Assembly (NCBI RefSeq): GCF_000022265.1
Contig: NC_011979.1
Location: 1,200,001 to 1,232,000 of the forward strand
Source: Geotalea daltonii FRC-32
GTDB taxonomy: Bacteria; Desulfobacterota; Desulfuromonadia; Geobacterales; Geobacteraceae
DNA length: 32,000 nucleotides
Direction of reading: 5' to 3'
The translations under genes and the position numbers were made by a program. This document shows positions 8,542 to 15,990 of the stretch, one piece after another (position 1 is the stretch's first letter; every line of letters starts with the position of its first letter). Below the pieces are notes generated by a model. That model had not been told where the DNA came from, searched no databases, and saw nothing but the letters and a program-made list of their open reading frames with translations.

Positions 8542-9819
8542 TCACCAGCGTGGCGACCAGGTGGGATGAGAATCGGCACTGCTGCCGCGGGATACCCTCA
8601 CCTGCCCAGTGCCGTCGTTTCTCATCACGTATATCCCTTCTTTTCCTGCCCTGCTTGAGCTGAAGACGATGAACCGGCCATCCGGCGACCATCTTGGATG
8701 CTCGTTGCTTCCATCGGAGGTGAGCTTGATGTCATTGCTTCCGTCCACGTTTATGACATGGATCTGGAACCCTCCCTCCTGGCGGCAGTAGGCTATGGTG
8801 TTTCCCTTTGGAGACCAGCGCGGGCTGACGTTGTATGTGCCGCTGGTCGTGAGGCGGGTAACGTGGGAGCCGTCGGCATTCATGACGAAAATCTGCGGTT
8901 TCCCCAGGCGGTCCGATACGAAGGCGATGCGGGACCCGTCGGGAGACCATGCCGGAGAGACATCGATGGCCTCATTTTTGGTGAGCCTGACCACCTGTTT
9001 GCCATCTTTGGAAATAGTGTAGATCTCGGAGTTGCCATCCTTGCTCATGGCCAAAGCTATCCTGGTGCCGTCCGGAGACCATGCGCCGGTCACGTTGATG
9101 CCGGGATGGGAGGAAATCCGTGCCTCGGCGCCGGTGAGCAGTTCCCGTCGATAGAGATCGGGATTGCGCCTCTTGTAGGAGGTATAGATGAGTTCCTTGC
9201 CGCTTGGTGAAAAATCGGGATTGAGGTTGATGGAGCCGTTCTTGGTAAGGCGCTGCACATTATACCCATCGTAGTCCATCAAATAGATTTCCTTGTTGCC
9301 TGATGCCGTGGAGACGAAGGCCGTCTTGCCGGTGAATGGACCAGTTTCCCCGGTTGTGGCCGAAAGTATCTCGTTGCTGAACATGTGGACGATCTTGCGT
9401 TGATCGGTGCGCTTGCCCGTAAAGCGTTTTACCACCAATTCCTTGCCACGGCTGACATCGAAGAACCTGAACTCCATGGTGATGGTTGCACCGTTGTCGA
9501 TGTAGCCGCTCTTTACCAGCAGATTTGCACCTGCAGCCTGCCATGGGGCCAGGTCGAATTCTCCCGAGCGGATGCCGGTCCGTGTTTCACCAGGGGGAGA
9601 GGGCATCACGGTAAATTGACCGGCCAGCGTCAGGTCGAAGGCGAAAATGTCAGTTATCGTTTTGTCCAGTTCGGCGTTATGAGTGCCGGACAAGGGGACG
9701 GGAGGGGCGATGGCAAGTTGTGGTTGCCGATTGCCGGGGGCGGTAACCTCCAGATAGTCCTGGGCCAAATTCAAGCCAGGCAGGCAGAGCAGCATTATGA
9801 GGATGAAAAATTTTTTCAA
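8542..9819 (-). CDS. tolB: Tol-Pal system beta-propeller protein TolB
   Basis: Signal peptide MKKFFILIMLLCLPGLNLA, the TolB N-domain, and repeated PD40/WD40-like blades (SPDGxxIAF, WSPDG repeated). Confidence 0.95.
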   Translation of the reverse strand: MKKFFILIMLLCLPGLNLAQDYLEVTAPGNRQPQLAIAPPVPLSGTHNAELDKTITDIFAFDLTLAGQFTVMPSPPGETRTGIRSGEFDLAPWQAAGANLLVKSGYIDNGATITMEFRFFDVSRGKELVVKRFTGKRTDQRKIVHMFSNEILSATTGETGPFTGKTAFVSTASGNKEIYLMDYDGYNVQRLTKNGSINLNPDFSPSGKELIYTSYKRRNPDLYRRELLTGAEARISSHPGINVTGAWSPDGTRIALAMSKDGNSEIYTISKDGKQVVRLTKNEAIDVSPAWSPDGSRIAFVSDRLGKPQIFVMNADGSHVTRLTTSGTYNVSPRWSPKGNTIAYCRQEGGFQIHVINVDGSNDIKLTSDGSNEHPRWSPDGRFIVFSSSRAGKEGIYVMRNDGTGQVRVSRGSSADSHPTWSPRW

Positions 9820-10583
9820 TTTTTACCTACCCCTTGAGGTTTGAAAACGAAACCGTGTTCATAGCTACCGCCACCGGGCGGCGGCCTGAAATCCCTTTCG
9901 GCCCTGCTTATGGCCCGCTCGACGGCATTATTGAACATTATATCATTCGAGCTGCGCTCGAAACGTTTGCTGATAATTTTTCCGTTGCGGCCGATGGTCA
10001 GCTTTACTTCCACGACCTTGTTCCTGTCGGGTTTGAAAGTATCCTCCTGTCGGAAGGCATCTTCAAGACGTGAGCGGATGTAGTTGGAATAGTCGCTTCC
10101 TGCTTCAGTACCGGTAGCTGCAGGCATGCCAGTCGGCCCTTTGCCGATGCCGGCGGCCCTTTTTCTTGCGGCTTCCAGAGCGGCTGCCTGATGTCGAGCT
10201 TCATTTTCCCGCTCAAGTTTTGCCAGACGCTCTTCGAATTCCCGCGCTGTCTCAACTCCTGCTGCAGTTTTCGGCTGCGGTTTGCCTGCTTCTTTTGGAG
10301 CAGGTTTTGTGGAGGGCAGCTTCATCTGCTGTGATTCCGTTGTCGGTGGGGAAGGTTCAGTGACGGGAACGGAGGCAGGAGAGCCGCCGGCCGGAGTTCC
10401 TGCCTGGGGACTTGCCACCGGCAGACTGACCACATCCACATAATAAACGGGGGTGTTATCAGTATACAGACCCGGCAGGAAGTTGAATCGGGTGATTATG
10501 AGAAAAATTACCAGGTGGAAGAGGAAGGAACAGACCAGCATTCCTCCCGGTCCCGGCTCTTTTCTTTTCAGTGTGCGTTTCAT
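9816..10583 (-). CDS. tolA: TolA/TonB-family envelope protein (TM anchor, Pro/Ala-rich and charged helical linker, TonB_C-like C-terminus)
   Basis: The call rests on its position between tolR and tolB with 4-nt overlaps at both ends. It has an N-terminal TM helix, a PAxP-rich region, AREFEERLAKLERENEARHQAAALEAARKRAA, and a C-terminal TonB_C-like fold. Confidence 0.75.
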   Translation of the reverse strand: MKRTLKRKEPGPGGMLVCSFLFHLVIFLIITRFNFLPGLYTDNTPVYYVDVVSLPVASPQAGTPAGGSPASVPVTEPSPPTTESQQMKLPSTKPAPKEAGKPQPKTAAGVETAREFEERLAKLERENEARHQAAALEAARKRAAGIGKGPTGMPAATGTEAGSDYSNYIRSRLEDAFRQEDTFKPDRNKVVEVKLTIGRNGKIISKRFERSSNDIMFNNAVERAISRAERDFRPPPGGGSYEHGFVFKPQGVGKN

Positions 10584-10999
10584 TTGCCTTGGGCAGGCTC
10601 CGTGACCATGCCGAGACGTTCGATGCCGGCACCTTTGATTTCAGCCATGGTTTTTACCACTTCACCATAGGGAACATCCTTGTCCGCCTTGAGAAAAACC
10701 TCTTTCTTTGCTCTTGACGCAAACATGCCTGCCAATCTTGTCTTGAGCTCACCCTGAGGCACTTCCGCCTTGTTGATGAATATACTGCCCGACCTTTCCA
10801 GGGTGACAATGACCGTCTCTTCCTGGGGGGCCAGTGCCTTCGTGTCCGCCTTGGGGAGGTTGACCTGCACCCCTTGCTGCATCATGGGTGCGGTAACCAT
10901 GAAGATCACCAGAAGGACGAGCATGACGTCAACCAATGGCGTGACGTTGATCTGTGACATGGTGGAGCGGCCGTTGTTGTCCCTGCTTCCCAGTTCCAT
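10580..10999 (-). CDS. tolR: biopolymer transport protein TolR (ExbD/TolR family)
   Basis: INVTPLVDVMLVLLVIFMVTAP, with the conserved Asp in the TM helix. Position after tolQ. Confidence 0.9.
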   Translation of the reverse strand: MELGSRDNNGRSTMSQINVTPLVDVMLVLLVIFMVTAPMMQQGVQVNLPKADTKALAPQEETVIVTLERSGSIFINKAEVPQGELKTRLAGMFASRAKKEVFLKADKDVPYGEVVKTMAEIKGAGIERLGMVTEPAQGK

Positions 11000-11008
11000 C
11001 CTGCTCTC

Positions 11009-11683
11009 CTATTTGCCGGTGAAGGTGCGCTGGACAATGTTGAGGAATTCCGTGGAAAAGCTGTCCATCTCGCCGATCAGAACACGGATTTTTTGTTGAA
11101 AATGGTTATATCCCATAACGGCTGGTATGGCGGCAACCAGGCCAATTGCCGTCGCGATCAAGGCCTCGGCAATGCCTGGCGCGACAACGGCAAGTGATGC
11201 GGAGCCGGTTTCGCCGATCCCCTTGAAAGCGGTCATGATGCCCCAGACCGTGCCGAAAAGTCCGATAAATGGAGCAGTGGAGCCGGTAGTCGCCAGGAAT
11301 GTCAGGTATTTTTCCAGTCTGGTTATTTCCGAAGTCGTGGCGCGGCGCAAGGCACGGGTTATGTTGTCGATTCCTGCCAGATCGGTACTGATGACATTAG
11401 GGTCCTGTTTTTCCTCTCCCTTTTCCATGAGCTTCTTCAGCTCACCATAGCCTTCATTGAAAAGCACGGTGAGGGGTGAATTGGCAAAACGGTCCAACTG
11501 GGCATTGATGGCGTCGAAGCGTTTGGCTTTCCAGAAAAATTCCAGGAAACGTTCTGACTCGTTATTCGCCCGGTGCACTTGTAACAGCTTGTAAAAGATA
11601 ATAGCCCAGGAGACGACTGAAAAGTAAAGGAGAACAAAGAGTACCAGTTTTACGACCAGTCCGGTTGTGGCGAAAAATTCCAA
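11009..11683 (-). CDS. tolQ: Tol-Pal proton channel protein TolQ (MotA/TolQ/ExbB family)
   Basis: LATTGSTAPFIGLFGTVWGIMTAF and VAPGIAEALIATAIGLVAAIPAV. TTG start at 11683 with AGGAGG 9 nt upstream. Confidence 0.9.
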   Translation of the reverse strand: MEFFATTGLVVKLVLFVLLYFSVVSWAIIFYKLLQVHRANNESERFLEFFWKAKRFDAINAQLDRFANSPLTVLFNEGYGELKKLMEKGEEKQDPNVISTDLAGIDNITRALRRATTSEITRLEKYLTFLATTGSTAPFIGLFGTVWGIMTAFKGIGETGSASLAVVAPGIAEALIATAIGLVAAIPAVMGYNHFQQKIRVLIGEMDSFSTEFLNIVQRTFTGK

Positions 11684-11740
11684 GGCTTGTTACCTCCTGA
11701 TTCCGATGCAGAATTTGCTGTCTGTGGCGATAAAGTCCAA

Positions 11741-11769
11741 TACATAAGCCTTCCGCAAGCCGAAGTCAA
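11741..11769 (-). promoter_or_regulatory. weak candidate sigma70 promoter TTGACT-17 nt-TATGTA upstream of tolQ
   Basis: On the minus strand, -35 is the complement of 11764-11769 and -10 is the complement of 11741-11746. The -10 match is poor. Confidence 0.25.
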
Positions 11770-11803
11770 CACGATTTTTCTGCTTGAATCCATATTGGAA
11801 AGG

Positions 11804-12583
11804 TTAATAGTACTCAGGTTTTCGATCGGGGAAGCAGGTGATCTGCTGACGCCAGCTCTCCATATGGGCAAAATCCAGGACAGCCGTGGGTTCGCAGCTT
11901 TCATAGCCCCCCTCGGCGAGGATCTCTCCCTTGGGGCCGATGATCATGCTGGTGCCGAAGAAGTCCAGCTTTCCCATCACCCCGCAGGCGTTGGCTGCAA
12001 CGATAAAGAGCTGGTTTTCGATTGCCCTCCCCAGAAGAAGCAGCCGCCAGTGTTCCTGCCGCGGCTTGGGCCATTCGCCGGGCACGACGATAATCTCTGC
12101 CCCTTCCACCGCAAGGCGCCGGGGCAGCTCGGGAAAGCGCAGGTCATAACAGATAATGACGCCGATCTTTCCCAGACTGGTATCGGCCAACAGCCACGAA
12201 TCGCCGCCGGTAAAGGCCCGGTCCTCGTTCATCAGGGAAAAGAGGTGGATCTTCCGATATTTCCCCACCAGTTTGCCCTGATCAAGGACATAGGCCGTAT
12301 TGCAGACCTTGTCCCCTTCCGGTTCGGGCAGGCTCCCCACCAGCACCATGCCCAGTTCCGCCGAAAGGCGGCCCATCTCCTCCACCACCTCGGGAGTCCG
12401 TCTGGCCAGTTCGTTCAATTCCCTGTAGGCAAAGCCGCAGCTCCACATCTCCGGCAGCACCGCCAGCTGCACCCCTTCCCCATGCAGCCGGTGCAGTGCT
12501 TCTCGCACATGCTCCACGTTGGCATCTATATCTCCAATCTTGATAGTGAACTGCACCGCGGCAGCCTTGATCTGCTTGCTCAT
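11804..12583 (-). CDS. carbon-nitrogen hydrolase (nitrilase superfamily) protein
   Basis: The likely start is ATG 12583 (MSKQIKAAAVQF) with a GGAGGAGG RBS. The Glu-Lys-Cys triad context is present: LAVLPEMW, YRKIHLF and GVIICYDLRFPE. Confidence 0.85.
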   Translation of the reverse strand: MSKQIKAAAVQFTIKIGDIDANVEHVREALHRLHGEGVQLAVLPEMWSCGFAYRELNELARRTPEVVEEMGRLSAELGMVLVGSLPEPEGDKVCNTAYVLDQGKLVGKYRKIHLFSLMNEDRAFTGGDSWLLADTSLGKIGVIICYDLRFPELPRRLAVEGAEIIVVPGEWPKPRQEHWRLLLLGRAIENQLFIVAANACGVMGKLDFFGTSMIIGPKGEILAEGGYESCEPTAVLDFAHMESWRQQITCFPDRKPEYY

Positions 12584-12686
12584 AGGCGACCTCCTCCATA
12601 AATAAAATTTCATTATGATGTGGGGAAGTTTAATGCAAATAAACATCTATTTCAAGAGGAGTTAAATTTGGACATTTGCCGTTCCT

Positions 12687-13850
12687 ATGGATTATCATTT
12701 CCTTATGCACGTTTCTCTCTACATCCATTTCCCTTTTTGTCTGAAGAAATGTCTCTATTGCGATTTCGATTCCGTTGCCGGTTCCCTGGTCTCGCCTGAT
12801 GAGTATGTGGCGGCGGTGGTGCGGGAGATGGAGCTTCGGGCGGCAAAACTCGCCGCGCCGGTTTCTGCGCCGACTCTTTATTTTGGCGGCGGCACCCCAT
12901 CGCTGATGGCGCCGCAGCTGGTGGGGCGGATAATCGATACCGCGGCGCGCCTCTATGGATTGAACTCCGATGGGGAGATTACCATTGAGGCGAACCCCGG
13001 CACGGTGACGGCGGAAAAACTTGCCGGCTATCGTGCTGCGGGGATAAACCGTTTGTCCCTGGGGGTGCAGGCGCTTGATGATGCGCTTTTGCAGCAACTT
13101 GGTCGTGTCCATAGTGTGGAAGAATCGCTAGCCGCCTATAAGGCCGCGAGAAAAGTCGGCTTTGATAACATCGGTATCGATCTCATCCACTCGCTTCCCG
13201 GCCAGAGCCTGACCATGTGGGAAAAAGCTCTTGATGAGGCAATCAGACTTGGCCCGGAGCACATTTCCGCCTATAGCCTCAGCGTCGAGGAGGGGACTCC
13301 GTTTGCAGCCATGTTCGAGGCTGGGGATCTTAGCCTGCCCCACGAGGATGAAGCGACAGCCATGTTCGAGGCTACCAGGTATTTGCTTGCCTTGCATGGT
13401 TACGAGCATTACGAAATCTCCAACTTTGCCCGGCCCCTTTTCAGGTCCCGTCATAATCAGGTTTACTGGCGGCGTGGCAACTATCTCGGTTTCGGCGCCG
13501 GTGCCCATTCATTCCTGCGCGAACCCGGTTGGGGCTTGAGGTGGGTTAATCCCCGCAACCATACCGCCTACCTTGCTGCAATGCAGCAAGACCATCTGCA
13601 GGAGGAAGAGCTGCAGCAACTTGCGCGTCGGGATGCTCTTGCCGAGGTATTTTTCCTTGGGTTGCGCCTGCTGAAAGGGATTGATATGCTTGATGCCATC
13701 GAGGAATTCGGCCCTGTTGTTGAGGAAGAATACGGTGGCCTTATCGGTGAGCTTGAAGTCAAGGGGCTGCTGGTGAAGTCGGGTCGCCTCATTGCTATCC
13801 CCCCAGACAAAATTATCTTTGCCAACCAGATTTTCTCCAGCTTTATCTAG
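12687..13850 (+). CDS. hemW: radical SAM heme chaperone HemW / oxygen-independent coproporphyrinogen oxidase-like protein
   Basis: LYIHFPFCLKKCLYCDF (CxxxCxxC), GGGTPS, NRLSLGVQ and a HemN_C-like tail. The start is ATG 12687 or ATG 12705. Confidence 0.85.
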   Translation: MDYHFLMHVSLYIHFPFCLKKCLYCDFDSVAGSLVSPDEYVAAVVREMELRAAKLAAPVSAPTLYFGGGTPSLMAPQLVGRIIDTAARLYGLNSDGEITIEANPGTVTAEKLAGYRAAGINRLSLGVQALDDALLQQLGRVHSVEESLAAYKAARKVGFDNIGIDLIHSLPGQSLTMWEKALDEAIRLGPEHISAYSLSVEEGTPFAAMFEAGDLSLPHEDEATAMFEATRYLLALHGYEHYEISNFARPLFRSRHNQVYWRRGNYLGFGAGAHSFLREPGWGLRWVNPRNHTAYLAAMQQDHLQEEELQQLARRDALAEVFFLGLRLLKGIDMLDAIEEFGPVVEEEYGGLIGELEVKGLLVKSGRLIAIPPDKIIFANQIFSSFI

Positions 13851-13860
13851 TTTCCATCCG

Positions 13861-13979
13861 GAAAGGGTGCTTTTTTGCCCTGGCGGCGTCAATCTGCGGG
13901 CTTACTTGTGCGACGTACCGATGTACGTCTCCACGCAAGCCCTTGATTTCCTTGCCAGAACAAAAAATTCCCTCTTTCC
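13861..13979 (+). repeat. copy A of a duplicated intergenic module (partner at 17968..18166)
   Basis: See finding 2. 13861-13918 matches 17968-18025 at 47 of 58 positions without gaps. 13923-13979 matches 18112-18166, including the identical GTACGTCTCC and 16 of 17 positions in TTGCC[A/G]GAACAAAAAAT. Confidence 0.8.
13951..13977 (+). promoter_or_regulatory. possible sigma32 (RpoH)-type promoter CTTGCC-13 nt-CCCTCTTT upstream of hrcA
   Basis: Loose match to the enterobacterial consensus CTTGAA-N13-15-CCCCATnT. The same block recurs upstream of dnaJ (18138-18165). Speculative. Confidence 0.25.
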
Positions 13980-14078
13980 GAATCGGAAACCACTAGTTTC
14001 TCATCCGGAGTTTCCGGATGGAAACTATCTAGCAGGACTTGCAAGCTGTCAAACCCCATCAAAAGGGGGGAAAATCCC

Positions 14079-14107
14079 TTGACAAAGACCAATCCGGTTG
14101 TTATTTT
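14079..14107 (+). promoter_or_regulatory. sigma70-type promoter TTGACA-17 nt-TATTTT immediately upstream of CIRCE
   Basis: -35 TTGACA at 14079-14084 and -10 TATTTT at 14102-14107. CIRCE begins 8 nt downstream of the -10, the usual arrangement for HrcA-repressed promoters. Confidence 0.6.
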
Positions 14108-14114
14108 GACAACA

Positions 14115-14141
14115 TTAGCACTCAAATTCTTTGAGTGCTAA
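14115..14141. promoter_or_regulatory. CIRCE operator (HrcA binding site), perfect consensus TTAGCACTC-N9-GAGTGCTAA
   Basis: TTAGCACTC aaattcttt GAGTGCTAA read directly, 22 nt upstream of the hrcA ATG. Confidence 0.95.
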
Positions 14142-14163
14142 TGTGCTTTAAAGAGGTACACTT

Positions 14164-15195
14164 ATGGATGAGCAGCTTTCTCCCCGAGGCAGGCAGATTC
14201 TCGAAGCGATCATCGAGGATTATATCGTCACGGCGGAGCCGGTCGGTAGCAGGACCATCACTCGCAGGCACCCCATGGCGCTTTCCCCGGCTACGGTGAG
14301 AAATGTCATGGCTGACCTGGAGGAGATGGGTTTTCTTGCTTCGCCTCATACTTCAGCCGGGCGTATACCCACTGACAAGGCTTACCGGTTCTACGTGAAC
14401 TCGCTACTGTCGGTGAGGAACATTGGCCGTGACGAGCAGGAGGAGATTCTCAGGCGCTGTTCCGTGACAGGCAAGGATATGGCGGAGGTGCTCAAGGAAA
14501 CGAGCCGGATGCTCTCCTCCACCTCCCATTATATGGGTATTGTCGTTGCCCCGCGCTTCGATGCCAATGTTTTCCGTCAGATCGAGTTCGTCAAGCTGGG
14601 GAGCAGGCGCTTGCTGGCGATCCTTGTTTCTCAGAATGGCACGGTGCAGAACCGGATTATCGAAGCGGACGAGGATATACCCGCTGATGACCTGGTTAAG
14701 ATGTCCAATTACCTGAATGACCTGCTTGAAGGGCTCACCATCGCCCAGGTCCGGTCTAAGCTTTTGCAGGAGATGCAGAGCGACAAGGCGAAATACGATC
14801 GGTTCATGGCACGGGCACTGTCCCTCTCCACCAAGACGGTCGACGAGGACGTTGCCGAGGTCTTTATCGAGGGGCAGGTAAATATTTTTGATCAGCCGGA
14901 ATTCGCCGATGTGGCAAAGATGAAGGAGATATTCCGCACCTTCGAGAAAAAAAGCACCATCCTGCAGCTGTTCGATCGGGCCATTGCCGCTGAAGGTGTG
15001 CAGATATACATTGGCGCCGAATCCCACTTGAGCGACATGCCGGGAATGAGCCTCATCACTTCTACCTATGTAACCGGCCAAAATACTCTGGGGGTGCTGG
15101 GAGTGGTCGGTCCCACGAGAATGGGCTATGCCAAGGTTATTCCCATCGTGGATTATACGGCAAAGCTGGTGAGCAGGTTGTTGGAGATGGAATAA
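14164..15195 (+). CDS. hrcA: heat-inducible transcriptional repressor HrcA
   Basis: [64 protein letters not shown] and [23 protein letters not shown]. Confidence 0.95.
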   Translation: MDEQLSPRGRQILEAIIEDYIVTAEPVGSRTITRRHPMALSPATVRNVMADLEEMGFLASPHTSAGRIPTDKAYRFYVNSLLSVRNIGRDEQEEILRRCSVTGKDMAEVLKETSRMLSSTSHYMGIVVAPRFDANVFRQIEFVKLGSRRLLAILVSQNGTVQNRIIEADEDIPADDLVKMSNYLNDLLEGLTIAQVRSKLLQEMQSDKAKYDRFMARALSLSTKTVDEDVAEVFIEGQVNIFDQPEFADVAKMKEIFRTFEKKSTILQLFDRAIAAEGVQIYIGAESHLSDMPGMSLITSTYVTGQNTLGVLGVVGPTRMGYAKVIPIVDYTAKLVSRLLEME

Positions 15196-15238
15196 ACAAC
15201 AATTACACTTAAGCACATGGTCAAGGAGATTATCAACA

Positions 15239-15829
15239 GTGGATAAGAAGAAACACAGTGCTAGTTCGATCAGCGAAGCTCTCAAGGAAAAGGCTTCTAC
15301 AGCTGAAGAATCCGAAAAACAAGAAGGGGCGGAATCAGCTGACCTGACTGAAACAGAGCCCGATAAACTAGCAGAGATGGAAAATGCATTAAAAGCTAAA
15401 GAAGCTGAGGCAGCGGCAAACTGGGATAAATATCTCCGTGAGCGGGCTGACCTGGAGAATTACCGGAAAAGGGTGCAGAAGGAGAAGGAAGAGTTGCTCA
15501 AGTACGGCAATGAGTCGCTGATTCTAGAGATTCTCCCTGCCATTGATAACATGGAGCGTGCCCTTGAGCACGCCAGCGAAGAAAGCATGGCAGCTATCAT
15601 AGAAGGGATCAAACTGACTTTGAGCATGCTCCAGTCGACCCTGAAGAAATTCGGTGTCACCCCGGTGCAGTCTGGGCCGGGTACCGCCTTCGATCCCGCT
15701 TTTCATCAGGCCATGAGCCAGGTGGAGTCCGCTGAACAGGAACCCAATACCATCGTAGCCGAGTTCCAGAAGGGCTACCTGCTCAACGAGCGGTTGTTGA
15801 GGCCGGCCCTGGTCTCGGTGGCCAAATAA
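15239..15829 (+). CDS. grpE: nucleotide exchange factor GrpE
   Basis: GTG start with AAGGAG 11 nt upstream. [42 protein letters not shown] and [14 protein letters not shown]. Confidence 0.9.
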   Translation: MDKKKHSASSISEALKEKASTAEESEKQEGAESADLTETEPDKLAEMENALKAKEAEAAANWDKYLRERADLENYRKRVQKEKEELLKYGNESLILEILPAIDNMERALEHASEESMAAIIEGIKLTLSMLQSTLKKFGVTPVQSGPGTAFDPAFHQAMSQVESAEQEPNTIVAEFQKGYLLNERLLRPALVSVAK

Positions 15830-15833
15830 AGGC

Positions 15834-15920
15834 AGGTTCGAGGTGCAATGTTCGACGTTAAAGGCTGAATTCCGAACTTCGAACCTCGAACTTCGAACCT
15901 CGAACCTCGAACTTTTTTTT
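15834..15920 (+). terminator. long intrinsic terminator after grpE, built from a 5' arm, a heptamer repeat array and T8
   Basis: AGGTTCGAGGT (15834-15844) is complementary to ACCTCGAACCT (15897-15907). With one G.U pair it also matches ACCTCGAACTT (15904-15914), which runs straight into TTTTTTTT (15913-15920). Confidence 0.6.
15871..15912 (+). repeat. six tandem copies of the heptamer YYCGAAC (tccgaac ttcgaac ctcgaac ttcgaac ctcgaac ctcgaac)
   Basis: Read directly. The array abuts a T8 tract. Confidence 0.95.
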
Positions 15921-15990
15921 GCTGTCCCCTTGCTTTTTGCCGGGGTGATGACTAGCTTTTAGATACAGATATTCAAAAGGAGGAGTTTAA

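Noticed and set aside
13848-13880. A possible intrinsic terminator after hemW (TTTCC-atcc-GGAAA ... TTTTTT).
   Set aside because: The T-run is separated from the stem by GGGTGC, and the stem is only 5 bp. In addition, the T-run is part of the duplicated module and is conserved for another reason.
13931-13960. ACGCAAGCC in copy A resembles the ACGCAAAGCC core of GEMM-I (c-di-GMP) riboswitches, which are common in Geobacter.
   Set aside because: Only this short string matches. The paired P1/P2 architecture, the GNRA tetraloop and receptor, and the second conserved half are all absent.
15871-15912. Could the short tandem repeats be a CRISPR array or a coding repeat?
   Set aside because: The units are 7 nt with no spacers, lie in an intergenic spacer, and end in a T8 tract. 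That is consistent with a terminator or microsatellite, not CRISPR.
15921-15990. A sigma32- or sigma70-type promoter for dnaK, for example CCCTTGCTT ... and TTGCTT-17-TAGCTT.
   Set aside because: There is no CCCCAT-like -10 at the right spacing, and the sigma70 -10 is poor. It is not strong enough to report as a feature, although dnaK probably does have a promoter here.
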